This document shows, piece after piece, positions 29,584-43,331 of a DNA stretch of 64,000 nucleotides (its first letter is position 1; every line of letters starts with the position of its first letter). The translations under genes were made by a program, and so were the position numbers. The notes beneath the pieces were generated by a model. It had not been told where the DNA came from. It searched no databases and saw nothing but the letters and a program-made list of their open reading frames with translations. Source of the DNA: an uncultured candidate division Zixibacteria bacterium (GTDB lineage Bacteria > Zixibacteria > MSB-5A5 > GN15 > FEB-12); NCBI GenBank assembly GCA_963806185.1, contig CAWDXE010000007.1, positions 978,059 through 1,042,058 on the forward strand, in the 5' to 3' direction.

Positions 29584-30237
29584 ATGGAAGCGCAGACAAA
29601 CCGTCAGGCCCTCTCAGACCTGGCTCGTCAGATTCAAAACCGGTGGCCACAGGCTCTGTTTTCGGCGCAGGAGCCCGGTTTGGTGTTTGCCACCGGTCAC
29701 CGGGAGTTTGATAAGTTGTTTCCGCACGGGGGGATTCCCTACGGTCAGCTGATCGAGATCACCGGCGGGATCGTCTGCGGCAAGACCAGTCTCCTCTTCA
29801 TGTTGCTGGCGAAGATTACATCGCGCGGGATTGCCGCCTATCTCGATTACAGCAACTCCTTCTACCCCGTTGCGGCGGATGCGGCGGGGGTCGATCTGTC
29901 ACGCCTGCTGGTAGTTGCGCCCGAGACGCAGGCAGGCGGGATTCGGATCGCGGAAGTTTTATTGAGCCAGAAAATCACGCGCGGGGTGGTGTTCGATCTG
30001 GTCGGCGTCAAGACCCGTCTGCCGGAAACCCTGGTGCACCGTCTGCGGATGAAAACCACGCGGGCCAAGGCGCTGGTGATTTTCCTCACCGAAAGCAAGG
30101 CCGACCTGCTCGCCCCCAGTGTCACATCTTTGCGTCTCGAAGTGATGCGCACGACCCCGAACCGCCTGCAGGTGACGGTGGCGCGCAGTCGCATCTCACC
30201 GGAAGGAATAACTACGGAGGTGGATATAGATGTCTGA
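29584..30237 (+). CDS. imuA: ImuA (RecA-like) mutasome accessory protein
   Basis: GGIPYGQLIEITG...GKTSL and AAGVDLSRLLVV. Overlaps the following Y-family gene. Confidence 0.82.
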   Translation: MEAQTNRQALSDLARQIQNRWPQALFSAQEPGLVFATGHREFDKLFPHGGIPYGQLIEITGGIVCGKTSLLFMLLAKITSRGIAAYLDYSNSFYPVAADAAGVDLSRLLVVAPETQAGGIRIAEVLLSQKITRGVVFDLVGVKTRLPETLVHRLRMKTTRAKALVIFLTESKADLLAPSVTSLRLEVMRTTPNRLQVTVARSRISPEGITTEVDIDV

Positions 30238-31739
30238 ACCGCGCATGGCCTGTGTGAGCATACCTGATTTTTCGGCCGAGGTATTGATACGATACGAACC
30301 GGCGCTGAAAGGGAAACTGCTGGCGCTGACGGAGGTTGGCCGGCCCGACGCGCTGATTGTGGCCGTCAATCAGGCGGCAATTGAAGCCGGCGTGACGACG
30401 GAACTGACCGCCGCGCAGGCGGGTGTTCTCTGCCCCGGCCTGCTGATCCGTCGGCGCGATCTGGCGCAGGAGTCGAAAGCTGAGGAGATGATTGTCGAAC
30501 GACTGCGCACCTTGTCGCCGTCGGTAGAGACAACCTCGCAGGCGGGGACATTCCTGCTTGACGCCTCCGGCCTGGAGCGGCTGCATCAGTCGGAGGAACA
30601 TCTGGCGCGCAAGATACAGGCGGTGTTGCGCCCGACCGGGTATCCGGTGCGGGTGGGCATTGCGGCCAACATGTTTGTGGCGCAGGTGGCGGCGGAGGTC
30701 ACGCGCGACGGCCGATCGACCCTTATTCCGACCGGAGGCGAAGAGGAATTTTTGCAACACCTGACAATCGATCATCTCAGGTTGTCACCGGAGATTGCGG
30801 AGCACCTGCACGATCTCGGCCTCTCCTCTATCGGTCAGGTAGCGGCGATCCAGGGAAACGAACTGGCGCGACGGTTCGGTGCGGCGGGGGCGACGATGGC
30901 TCATCATGCGCGGGGTGAAGAGTTGTCGCTTTTTGCGCCGGCTAAATTGCCGGAGGAGTTGTCGATCGCGCTGGTGTTAACCTATCCGGTGTTTACCGCC
31001 TCGGCGATTATCGCCCATACCGAGCAACTGCTGACAGAACTGTTTGACAAGTTGAGTCAACTGGCGCAGGGATGCAGTGAGATTGTGATCACCCTGTCGC
31101 TTGAGGATAAAACAGCGCCGGCGTTGACGGTAGCGCTGGAACGGCCGACGTTGTCGACGCGCAAGTTCATGCGTCAACTGCGGGCGATACTTGAAAAAAC
31201 AAAATTGCCGTCGGGTGTAAACGGCCTCACTATCACCATTCCCAACCTGGCGGTTTTGATATCCGAACAGTTGGGGCTGAGGGTGTCGGGGATCGACGCG
31301 GCGGCCTCGCGACTGCCGGTCGACGTCGCAGGCATGCCGTGTCATCAGCAACTGACGGCGGCCCGACTGCAGTGTGCGCTTTTGCCGGAGAAGAGATTTC
31401 ATCTGTATCCGCTGGGTGAGATTCAGGCGAAGGCGCGCGAACTGCCGGCGGGGATGCTTCACCCGTATACGGCGTCGCCGCTGAACGGATTGCGGCTGCT
31501 AGCCGAACCGCGACCGGTGGAGGTAACGATTGACGGCGACCGGCCGTGTGCGATGCGCCTGGGCGAGTCGGGCGATACCGATTACCCGGCATCAGGGGCC
31601 GTGGGAGCTTTCGGGCGGCTGGTGGAACACGTTGTACGAGCGGAGGTATTATGAGATGCAGATAGACAACGCGAATGCATATCTGGTGTATCGTGACGGA
31701 ACAAACACGCAGTGGTTTGTGCAGGGAGTGTTTGATTGA
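30230..31739 (+). CDS. imuB: ImuB (inactive Y-family polymerase); frameshift near 31562
   Basis: MACVSIPDF, FLLDASG and LGLSSIGQ motifs. The +1 frame supplies the typical GPWELSGGWW...RRYY...WFVQGVFD C-terminus. Confidence 0.88.
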
Positions 31740-31787
31740 GGGGGGGATTAACCAATGATCACAGTTTTTACAGAGTGCTATTGAAAA

Positions 31788-32514
31788 GTCATTGCGAGGC
31801 CCTTCTTAGGGCCGTGGCAATCTCAAATTCAACGGAGTCTTATGGCTATACATTCTGACAAATGCGAATCACACCGTTCTCTATACCGGTGTGACAAGCA
31901 ACCTTCCCTCGCGATTATACCAGCATAGATTCGGCGTCATACCCGGCTTTACGCAAAAGTACCGTATATTCAAGCTCGTTTACTATGAGGAATGCGCTGA
32001 TGTGCACGAAGCGATCATTCGAGAAAAGCAGATCAAGAGCGGTTCGCGGAACAGTAAGATCAAGTTGATAAACGCGGGAAACTCGGAATGGGTTGATTTG
32101 GGACTCGAGATACTTGAGGGGAAAGATTTGCCTTCTAAGGATACGAGCAAAGGGAAAGATCGTGATCATCGATAGATTTGAGATTGCCACGGCTCACTAA
32201 GAAGTGAGCCTCGCAATGACTCGTATCGGCACCTTGAGTGAAGACTTGCCTTCGAAGGATACGAACAATGGGAAGGATCGTGATTGTCGGTAGATTAGAG
32301 ATTGCCACGGCGCGAAGCGCGCCTCGCAATGACTCGTATCGTCGCCCTGAGCCCTTCGGCTTCGCTCAGGATGAACTACGTCGAAGGGTGACGCTTTACG
32401 ATTGAGGGCAAGAATAGGGCGTCAGGATCACTCGCTAAGAAGCGAGGATCCTGACCTACAAAAAGAGAGCTGATAGATTGCCACGGCTCACTAAGAAGTG
32501 AGCCTCGCAATGAC
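31788..32514. mobile_element. REPtron-like element: a GIY-YIG nuclease gene flanked by inverted palindromic REPs
   Basis: GTCATTGCGAGGC...GCCGTGGCAATCTC at 31788-31824, with inverted copies at 32180-32220, 32298-32333 and 32475-32514. Confidence 0.7.
31814..32175 (+). CDS. GIY-YIG (YhbQ/URI-like) endonuclease; probable frameshift near 31843
   Basis: LYILTNANHTVLYTGVT...FTQKY...LVYYE...AIIREKQIK...W.DL. There is no in-frame start upstream of LYIL; the GTG at 31814 inside the REP fits with a 1-nt shift. Confidence 0.82.
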
Positions 32515-32565
32515 CTTTGAAAAGTATGGCGTGAAAATGCTGATCACTATCCCTTGTCGGTACCC

Positions 32566-35681
<3,116 letters not shown>

Positions 35682-35684
35682 GTC

Positions 35685-36119
35685 TCAATACACAAACGGA
35701 ATCAGCCGACTGGTATGCCGAGAGTACCCTTCGTATTCGGCATACCTCTCGCGCAACAATCGTTCTTCGGCGTTGATTCGCATCAGCACAAAGGTGGTCA
35801 CCACAATCCCTACCCCGGCACTTATCAACGACAGGTGTCCGAGGATGCTCACCCACAGCAGCGACAGCACTCCGGCATACATCGGATGGCGAATGATCTT
35901 AAACGGTCCGCGACGAATCAGTTCACCCTCACCGGGATAGGCAGTGACTCTGATATGATGACCGCGAAAGGCCACCCGCGCAGATATGGCCAAGGCAATC
36001 GCCGCCAACTGGCCGACAATAACCCATGGATTGCGGCTAATAAGCGAACCGGTGACGAGAAGGATCGCAAAGCCGAGCAATACGATTAAAAGCGTATACT
36101 TCTCAATAAATGTCTTCAT
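35685..36119 (-). CDS. Isoprenylcysteine carboxyl methyltransferase-family membrane protein
   Basis: LIRRGPFKIIRHPMY and EERLL...Y..Y...RLIPFVY. Start taken at MKTFIEK. Confidence 0.85.
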   Translation of the reverse strand: MKTFIEKYTLLIVLLGFAILLVTGSLISRNPWVIVGQLAAIALAISARVAFRGHHIRVTAYPGEGELIRRGPFKIIRHPMYAGVLSLLWVSILGHLSLISAGVGIVVTTFVLMRINAEERLLRERYAEYEGYSRHTSRLIPFVY

Positions 36120-36159
36120 GGGTCGAACCCCTGACGAATACTCCTGCAAAGCCCCCGCC

Positions 36160-36696
36160 CTATTTGACGTGCAGGTAACGCGTACGGAGTATTTCGGCGT
36201 GATGACGTTCATGCCCGGCAATGATCCAGGCAAGCGCTCGAACGCTGACCGGGTTGTTCGAGGCGGTTCCTCGGCGCAGCCAGGCGTCGGCTCCAAAACT
36301 GCCAAGCAAGTCGATGGTGGACACGCGCAAATGGTCGAACTCGCTGGCCAGATCGGAAATCCTGCGAGAGCCGAAATCGCCGAAACGGACGAAATCATCC
36401 TGCTCCATGGAAGGCAGGGGAGTCTTGTCATTGCGGGCAATGCGCAGGGCGCGGTACCCGAATACGCGTTCGGTGTCAATCATGTGGCCGACCACCTCTT
36501 TGACGATCCACTTCCCCGGCGCGTAGGCGAACATACCCTGATCATCGGATAACCCCGACAGCAGCCTGACCGTATCGGCTCCCTGACGTACAAGAGTTGC
36601 GATAATGTCGCCGTGGGGTACGGCGCCGATGTACGTGTGATAATACGGGGCATACTCGTCGTCGGCCGGGGCGATAGCCCGAAAGTCGGGTGTCAT
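36160..36696 (-). CDS. DinB-family protein
   Basis: YAPGKW.VKEVVGH..DTER and IAGHERHH motifs. Confidence 0.9.
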   Translation of the reverse strand: MTPDFRAIAPADDEYAPYYHTYIGAVPHGDIIATLVRQGADTVRLLSGLSDDQGMFAYAPGKWIVKEVVGHMIDTERVFGYRALRIARNDKTPLPSMEQDDFVRFGDFGSRRISDLASEFDHLRVSTIDLLGSFGADAWLRRGTASNNPVSVRALAWIIAGHERHHAEILRTRYLHVK

Positions 36697-36914
36697 GGTA
36701 CAGCTCCTCTATTCGTTGTGTAGATGACATTAAGAAGCTTACCGGCGGGAGATTTCGCAAGCAGGATTTGAGTTGTTTTTCAGAATCGCATTAGAGGAGC
36801 ATCGCGAAGGAAGTGTATGTGACGATGCTCCGCTTCGTCGGTGTCCGCTGCTCCGATTGGTTATATACGGGCGACAACATCGCGCCAGGAGATATTCGGC
36901 AAGTGCAAACCGCA

Positions 36915-37187
36915 CTACAGCATCGGGGCAATCACTTGCATTGCTTCAGAAGATGTTCGAACCGGGACGACCTCAAATTCCACCAGATCGTCCCAATGAC
37001 CTATCCAGACATCAAAAAACGTCGGGTTGTCGGTCTTCATGAGTTGAAAACAACGCGAGAACTCCAGATCGACCCAGCTGGCAACATATTCCAGGCCGTC
37101 CGGAATAGACCTACCCTGCTCTTTGGCGCGGCGGTAGATATCAATCGCTCCCGGGGTCTTGTATCGCTCGATAACCATATACAGCAT
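36915..37187 (-). CDS. DUF3303-family protein
   Basis: MLYMVIER...GR..PDGL...SW...CFQLM...W.DLVEFEVVPV pattern. Confidence 0.8.
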   Translation of the reverse strand: MLYMVIERYKTPGAIDIYRRAKEQGRSIPDGLEYVASWVDLEFSRCFQLMKTDNPTFFDVWIGHWDDLVEFEVVPVRTSSEAMQVIAPML

Positions 37188-37218
37188 GATGAAGATGCCT
37201 TTCTTTTGGAATGCCTGA

Positions 37219-37776
37219 TCAGCGCGAAGCAGCGTCGACTATCTTGAGAATCGTGTTCCAGTTGCGAGTCGTGATGTTGCGGCCGAACCGTTTTTCCAGG
37301 TCGGCCATGACGTCGGTCGTCTGCATGACAGGCGAAAGCGTGAGCGTGAAGCAGACTTCCCTGTCAGTAACGCGCACGATTTGGTACCCACCTTGCGAAA
37401 CCTTGGCGGAAAGCATGGCGGGGGTTGGCTTCTCAGACAGAAATGTGACGTATAGTCGAGTCTGCGGTGTGATTTTGATTCTCTTGAAGGGATTGGCCCC
37501 GACAAGTCTCTGCAAATCCTCGATTGTACGTGCAATGACTGATACGTCGCGTCCCAATTCTTCTCTAAGTGTCCGCTCAATGCGTGGGGTGAGTGCGGCG
37601 ACAGTTGTGGATTCGGCACTGAAAAGAACATTCCCGCTGGAGAGAACAGTCCTGACGTTCTGAGAGCTGAGCGACTCAAAAGCGGCCTTGAGGTCGGCCA
37701 TCTTGACCGAATTGTGGCCGCCGACATTGATGCCGCGGAGAAAGGCGACGTAGACCCGGTGTGATTGCGTCGACAT
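37219..37776 (-). CDS. DUF1697-family protein
   Basis: AFLRGINVGGHN, SGNVLF and TTRNWNT motifs. Start taken at MSTQSH. Confidence 0.9.
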   Translation of the reverse strand: MSTQSHRVYVAFLRGINVGGHNSVKMADLKAAFESLSSQNVRTVLSSGNVLFSAESTTVAALTPRIERTLREELGRDVSVIARTIEDLQRLVGANPFKRIKITPQTRLYVTFLSEKPTPAMLSAKVSQGGYQIVRVTDREVCFTLTLSPVMQTTDVMADLEKRFGRNITTRNWNTILKIVDAASR

Positions 37777-37781
37777 CCGAC

Positions 37782-38240
37782 CTAACCGGCCTTCTTTAGA
37801 ATGACAATCTGCCCGGCGTGGTACAGATCGTGCTGAACGACGCCGTGGATCTGGACGTAATATGTCGAGGCGCCCCGCCGCGGCTTCATGGCCAGATCGG
37901 CGTCGGAGAGAGCACCCACCACTTTCACCAGCGCCTCGTGACGATCTGTGAGCACGGCGACTGTCCGTTTCCATTCGGCAGAAGTCGGGTTGACAATGGT
38001 CGGGAAGTTCTCAATCTCGGCAAAATTGGCCAGCTCACCGGTAATCCGCCGGCGCACGACCTCTTTCCAAGCGCCGATATGGTGTGCAATTTCCCAAATA
38101 GAGTGGGCACGAGAGATCGGTCGTGAGGCCGCACGAGCGGCAGTCACCCCTTTCAGCACCTCCATAACGGCCGGGCCATGCCAGGCGTCCCCGTAAAACC
38201 CCCTATTGAGTTGGTCGACTATTCGTTTGGTTTCACGCAT
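37782..38240 (-). CDS. DinB-family protein
   Basis: AWHGP, HSIWEIAHH and HDLYHAGQI motifs. Confidence 0.88.
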   Translation of the reverse strand: MRETKRIVDQLNRGFYGDAWHGPAVMEVLKGVTAARAASRPISRAHSIWEIAHHIGAWKEVVRRRITGELANFAEIENFPTIVNPTSAEWKRTVAVLTDRHEALVKVVGALSDADLAMKPRRGASTYYVQIHGVVQHDLYHAGQIVILKKAG

Positions 38241-38337
38241 AACATTCTCCTGCGCGCCAATATACATGGGCTGGCCGGAATCACGATATCACTTTCTCGT
38301 AGACTGCAAGTATCAACTCATCGGATAGACGTCCGCT

Positions 38338-38820
38338 CTACCGGCCGTCGTATGCCTTTTGCAGGGCGGAAATGTCGAGCTTGATCATTTGCTCCAGTGC
38401 GGTCATAACACGACTGGCTCGCTCGGGTGCATCACCGGACAACAGTTTACCAATGATGGTTGGGGTCACCTGCCAGGAGAGGCCGAATCTGTCGGTCAGC
38501 CAGCCACACTGAACGGGTTGGCCGCCATCGCACAGTTTGTCCCAATAATAATCGATTTCGGCCTGGGTATCACAATTCACCACAAACGATATGGCCGGCG
38601 ACAGTTTGTAAATAGGGCCGCCGTTCAGGGCCATAAACTCCTGGCCATCGAGAGTAAATGCCACGACCATCACCGACCCGGTCGGGCGTTGTCCTCCCTC
38701 GACGTCCCTGACAACCTTGGTGATCCTGGAATTCTTGAAGACGGAGACGTAGAAGTTGGCGGCCTCTTCGGCATTGTCGTTAAACCAGAGGAAGGGCGAG
38801 ATTCTTTGCAAGTTTGCCAT
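38338..38820 (-). CDS. VOC/PhnB-family (3-dmu-9 3-MT-like) protein
   Basis: PFLWF, ALNGGP and CGWLTDRFGLSWQV motifs. Confidence 0.92.
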   Translation of the reverse strand: MANLQRISPFLWFNDNAEEAANFYVSVFKNSRITKVVRDVEGGQRPTGSVMVVAFTLDGQEFMALNGGPIYKLSPAISFVVNCDTQAEIDYYWDKLCDGGQPVQCGWLTDRFGLSWQVTPTIIGKLLSGDAPERASRVMTALEQMIKLDISALQKAYDGR

Positions 38821-38996
38821 CCTTTCGTAAAATTTTGGTCGTACTCCCGGGTACCGTTGGGGGGAATATAAGTGGATCGACCCGGTCTACGGAATCACTT
38901 TTTGCGAATGCAGGATAGGCCGATATTTCGCTGGCCTATGCAGAGTAAACGTATTTCACTTCGAAAGAAACAACAGGCACGACAACAGGAGATCAG

Positions 38997-39440
38997 GTGC
39001 ACATGATGCAGAATACAAGTCCAAGCGATGAAACGGCCACAATCGAGAGAGTAATCAAGAGTTCGATCACCTGGGCCATGACCAAAGACAAGAACCTGCT
39101 GTACCGCTGTTTCGTGAATGATTCGACGCTATTCTACTTCAGCCCTGACAGAGCCGGTACCATTAAGGGATTCCAGCAGTTCACGAAGCTGGTCGACGAG
39201 CTTTTCATGAACCCGGCTTTCAAGGCAGTGCGATCGGAATTCAAGGAGCTGACCGTCAATCAGTCGAAATCGGGAGACGTTGCCTGGTGGTCATGCATAC
39301 TCGACGACTTCAATGAATGGCAAGGCAAACCTTCGAACTGGGAAAATGTTCGCTGGACCGGCGTCCTGGAGAGACTTGACGGCCAGTGGAGGATCATGCA
39401 GATGCACTTTTCGTATGCGGTCGAGGACATGCGAAAGTGA
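38997..39440 (+). CDS. SnoaL/NTF2-like domain protein
   Basis: GDVAW...RWTGVLER.DGQWRIMQMHFS pattern. Confidence 0.85.
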   Translation: MHMMQNTSPSDETATIERVIKSSITWAMTKDKNLLYRCFVNDSTLFYFSPDRAGTIKGFQQFTKLVDELFMNPAFKAVRSEFKELTVNQSKSGDVAWWSCILDDFNEWQGKPSNWENVRWTGVLERLDGQWRIMQMHFSYAVEDMRK

Positions 39441-39530
39441 AGCGGTGCGAATATCATTGCGACCGATCGTGTACGAAGTGACATTTGTTGGGGCAGGAGT
39501 GCATGGCTCCTGCCCTGCCGACGATGCGCG

Positions 39531-41567
39531 CTACAATGCGCCCAGTCCAATGATCTTTCCGTCAACCCAGTAGATGTCCGATTCGCCACTCGGTGAGCTA
39601 TTGAGAAACAGATACTTGCCATCGCTCGAAACCATCGGACAAAGTCCGTTGATGCGTTTCCCGGCGACCTGTAGTTCAACCGGATCTCTCCACGTGCCAT
39701 CCGGTCTTCGATAGGAAATCTTCAAATACAATCCGCCCGGGCTGTCGGGATCGGTTGTGGTGACAATCAGATAAGATTCGTCCGGAGCAATGAAGGGGCA
39801 CATTTCCATATTCGGGGAATTGATGGCCGCGTCCAGATGTTCCGCCGGCTGCCATTGACCGCCGACGTACCTGGACACCCAAATATCGCCATTGCCGAGT
39901 CCACGCGGGTCCCCGGATGAGAAGTAGATGTTCCCGTTCGCGGCGACCGTGAACTGCCAGTGCAAGCGGTGACCGTCCAACCCCGTTTGCACACATCGTG
40001 GTTTTGACCATCCCGATGGCGTCCTGTCGACGTACCATATCCGGGCGGTCCTCCCCTCTCCAGCCGAGTCGTCGAGACGTCTGGAGAGGAAGAACAGCCG
40101 ATTACCTCCCGGCTGAAAGTGAGGAACATCATCATTGATTCCCACGCTGGAGAATTCGGCCAGCCTCGGCACGGTCCAGTATCCGTTTTCCACGCGCGAA
40201 GTGAGAATCCCGCCGACGCTGTACCCGGAATCAGCGAACGCATATTCAGAGGACCAGTACGCCTCGAGTCCGTCGGGAGAGAATGTGATGCTTCCGTGCT
40301 TGAACCGACATGATGCTACAATGTCGAGGGCGAACGGCTGCAGTTCGTTGCCCTGTGCCTCTTGCCCGAAATATGGTCCCTGAGGGCGCGGGAAGTTTGG
40401 CTTCTCGATTGTGGCGCCAATTTGTCGCAAGAGCGCGGATGTCTGGTCTTTCTCGAATTCCACGGCGAGGCTCAAAGGTGTGTATCCAGCCAGGCTCTGG
40501 GCATCGGCATTTGCACCGCGTGCAACCAAAAGACTGCACGCTTGCGAGCGGCCGCGCTCAGCAGCGTAATGTAGGGGGATGCGACCGTAACGGTCACGGT
40601 CATCCACTTTGAGACCTCGGGCAATCAACAGGTCACACATCTCAGCGGACCCGCCCTTGGCGGCCTCGTGGAGCAACGTGCCGCCAGATCCGCTTCGCTC
40701 GGAGATGACATGAACTGAATCGACCAGCGCCCTGAACAAGTTGTCCATTCCGTGCTGGGCGGCCTCGGCGATCATCCCTTTGCGGGCGTCTGGTGTCGGC
40801 GGCAACGACGCGCCACGCGTTACAAGCAGGTCGGCGAGTGACCGAAAGCCCCGCCATGCCGCCAAGGATAGTGGCGTGTCACCGAATCTATCTTGTGCAT
40901 TGATGTTGGCACCACGGTCGAGCAGAAAGGCGGCCATCTCCGGGTTACCGCGCTCGCGGGCGACCAGAAGCAGAGGTGTACGGCCGTAACTGTCAGCAGC
41001 CTCTGTTTTAGCGCCATGTAGAATCAAGAGGTGCGCAAACTCAAGACTTCCGCTCAGGGCAGCGATTTGGAGGGGAGTCGACTGTTCCCTGTTGGCAAGG
41101 TTGACGTCGGCCCCCCTTTCAATCAGCCACCGGGCCGCCTCAGGCTTGCTGTACAGCATGGCAAATAATAGGGCGGTCTGACCATTTCTGTCCTGAGCAT
41201 TGATATCAGCCCCGGCGTTGATCAATAGTCCAAGGGCTCCGACCTGCCCGGCAACCGCTGCATTGTGCGTCGGCTGGCTGCTGTCCCTGTCGCCAATGGT
41301 AACGTCGGCACCCCGTCGCAGCAACTCCCGGACAAGACTCGAGTGTCCTTTGTATGCGGCGATGTTGAGCGAGGTCATCCCGAGTGAATCGCGAGCGTTC
41401 AGACTGTCGGAGTGACTATCCAGCAGAGATGCGACGGTCGCGGAATCGCCCGTCTCGACCGCTTCGTGGATACCTCCTGCCGTTTCAGACACAGCCACCA
41501 ACAGCACAAGAATGGCAACAACTGTGATGCTCAGTACTGCGATGAGTCCTCTGAAGTGATTTCTCAT
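39531..41567 (-). CDS. Exported ankyrin-repeat protein with C-terminal PD40/WD40-like propeller repeats
   Basis: Many G.TPLH.AA..G repeats, then GPYFGQ, FSPDG, PFIAPDESYL and SSDGKYLF. Confidence 0.9.
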   Translation of the reverse strand: MRNHFRGLIAVLSITVVAILVLLVAVSETAGGIHEAVETGDSATVASLLDSHSDSLNARDSLGMTSLNIAAYKGHSSLVRELLRRGADVTIGDRDSSQPTHNAAVAGQVGALGLLINAGADINAQDRNGQTALLFAMLYSKPEAARWLIERGADVNLANREQSTPLQIAALSGSLEFAHLLILHGAKTEAADSYGRTPLLLVARERGNPEMAAFLLDRGANINAQDRFGDTPLSLAAWRGFRSLADLLVTRGASLPPTPDARKGMIAEAAQHGMDNLFRALVDSVHVISERSGSGGTLLHEAAKGGSAEMCDLLIARGLKVDDRDRYGRIPLHYAAERGRSQACSLLVARGANADAQSLAGYTPLSLAVEFEKDQTSALLRQIGATIEKPNFPRPQGPYFGQEAQGNELQPFALDIVASCRFKHGSITFSPDGLEAYWSSEYAFADSGYSVGGILTSRVENGYWTVPRLAEFSSVGINDDVPHFQPGGNRLFFLSRRLDDSAGEGRTARIWYVDRTPSGWSKPRCVQTGLDGHRLHWQFTVAANGNIYFSSGDPRGLGNGDIWVSRYVGGQWQPAEHLDAAINSPNMEMCPFIAPDESYLIVTTTDPDSPGGLYLKISYRRPDGTWRDPVELQVAGKRINGLCPMVSSDGKYLFLNSSPSGESDIYWVDGKIIGLGAL

Positions 41568-41908
41568 ATGGGCCTCCATTGCGTCCGGGCGACCGTCGGC
41601 ACAAAGAGTCGATGCCGGCACAGACGGGTCGGGTTCGTCAGTGAGTTCTCACACGGTGTTTGAACCATTTCGTGTATGTCGGAGTCTACGGTTGACGGGG
41701 TCCAAGGTTGCGTTGGAGTGGCCCTGGAATCAGGAGGACATTGGTGCATGATGATGAAGGGGCAGCGGGAGTGTGTCTTCCCCAAGGTGCTTGTCGGATA
41801 CGAGAGCTTGGCTGCGCACCTCGCCAAATGTTTATTGGATAGCATCGACCCACGCTATATATTATCGCTTATTGGATCAACACAATCTATCTCTTACAGG
41901 AGGATCAA

Positions 41909-43330
41909 ATGCCGTCTCGCCTTTCGTCTGCCCGGCTGTCCGGACTGCTCTCCCTCATCGTTCTGGGGCTCGGAGCCTACGTCCAGGCGGCCACCCCTTC
42001 GTTAGTTTCCTATCAGGGTCGCTTGACCGATCTCTCCGGGACGCCGGTCGCTGACGGCAACTACTCGGTAGCCTTCACGGTTTACGACGCGTCCACCGGC
42101 GGTACCGCCCTCTGGACTGAGACGCAAAACGTGGCGACCGTCGGCGGACTATTCTCTGTCCAACTGGGGGCGGTGACTGCGCTCGATGCCACGGTCTTTA
42201 CTGATCCTAATCGGTGGCTAGGGGTTAAGGTTGGCGCCGATCCGGAGCTTGTCCCCCGCACGCGCTTTACTTCTTCCCCGTACGCCGATCGTATCGCCAC
42301 GGTCGACGGTTCCACGGGTGGACAGATCGCCGGGCCGGTCGAAGTTACAGGTGCGGGGTTCGGCAAGGCGCAGATCACCGATGTTGGCGGCGAGGGCGAA
42401 GCAATCTACCTGTGGCAGGAAGACGGCTTCCCGTTCATGGGGTTGGAGCCGGACGCCAACGGAATCGGTGGATTCTTCCGCCTTTGGGGTGGAAATCCCT
42501 CGAGCGGGATGTATGTCGACGGTAATGCTACGGGCGGCGGAGATTTGACGGCCAGCATATATGGGACGCAGTCCGGGACCATCTTCAACACCGGTCAGTC
42601 GGGTGACGCGTCGGTACAACTGCCCAACAGCGCGGTGGCGGCCAAGGAGATCCTCGATGAGCCGGGGCTGTCGGCCAATTACGCCTTCGGCAATATCGTA
42701 CTCGGTCGAAGCCTTATGACCGATCTGGCCACGACCACGATCTCGATACCGGCCCCTGGGTATGTGCTGGCGATCGGAACGGTCGGCGAGTTCGATTTCA
42801 AAGGTACGACCGGAAATAACTGGGCATTTATCCAGATTGATACCAATTCGTTCGGGTCGATGATTCCGGACCTGACCACCATCGGCGCATACACATTCCC
42901 TGATACGAATTACTATTTCTATGCCTTCAGCGGGCAGCGTGTCATGTACTTTAGCGCCCCCGGCACCTACACCTTCCGAGTGCAGGCGTTGCAGACCAGC
43001 CTTGCGATACCAAGCGCGACCATACGTGCGTACCAAGCAAAGATCAGTGCCGTCTATATCCCGACGTCGTACGGCCCAGTCACCGTGCCGGTGCCGGGTA
43101 ACGACGTTTCGCAGTTCGAGCAAGTCTCGAAGATGACAGGCAGCGATCGCGCGAGCGCGGTCGGACTGCCTATCTCCGACAATGTATACACGGCGGATCT
43201 TCGCGATCTGGAGCTGAAGGTGGCGCGGACGGAGGCCGAGGCGCAGAAGGCACGGGCGACACTTTTGGAGGCGCAGTTAAAGAAGCAGCCGGCTGTGCGA
43301 AATGTCGCAGGGGAGGCGGACAAGAAGTAG
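41909..43330 (+). CDS. Secreted hypothetical protein
   Basis: Signal peptide and SYQGRLTD...LWTETQ...GLFSVQLG...PYA N-terminal module typical of secreted fibre-like proteins. Confidence 0.8.
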   Translation: MPSRLSSARLSGLLSLIVLGLGAYVQAATPSLVSYQGRLTDLSGTPVADGNYSVAFTVYDASTGGTALWTETQNVATVGGLFSVQLGAVTALDATVFTDPNRWLGVKVGADPELVPRTRFTSSPYADRIATVDGSTGGQIAGPVEVTGAGFGKAQITDVGGEGEAIYLWQEDGFPFMGLEPDANGIGGFFRLWGGNPSSGMYVDGNATGGGDLTASIYGTQSGTIFNTGQSGDASVQLPNSAVAAKEILDEPGLSANYAFGNIVLGRSLMTDLATTTISIPAPGYVLAIGTVGEFDFKGTTGNNWAFIQIDTNSFGSMIPDLTTIGAYTFPDTNYYFYAFSGQRVMYFSAPGTYTFRVQALQTSLAIPSATIRAYQAKISAVYIPTSYGPVTVPVPGNDVSQFEQVSKMTGSDRASAVGLPISDNVYTADLRDLELKVARTEAEAQKARATLLEAQLKKQPAVRNVAGEADKK

Positions 43331-43331
43331 A

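Noticed and set aside
29388..32514. CRISPR array
   Set aside because: The repeats are few, palindromic and irregularly spaced, with duplicated rather than unique spacers, and there are no cas genes.
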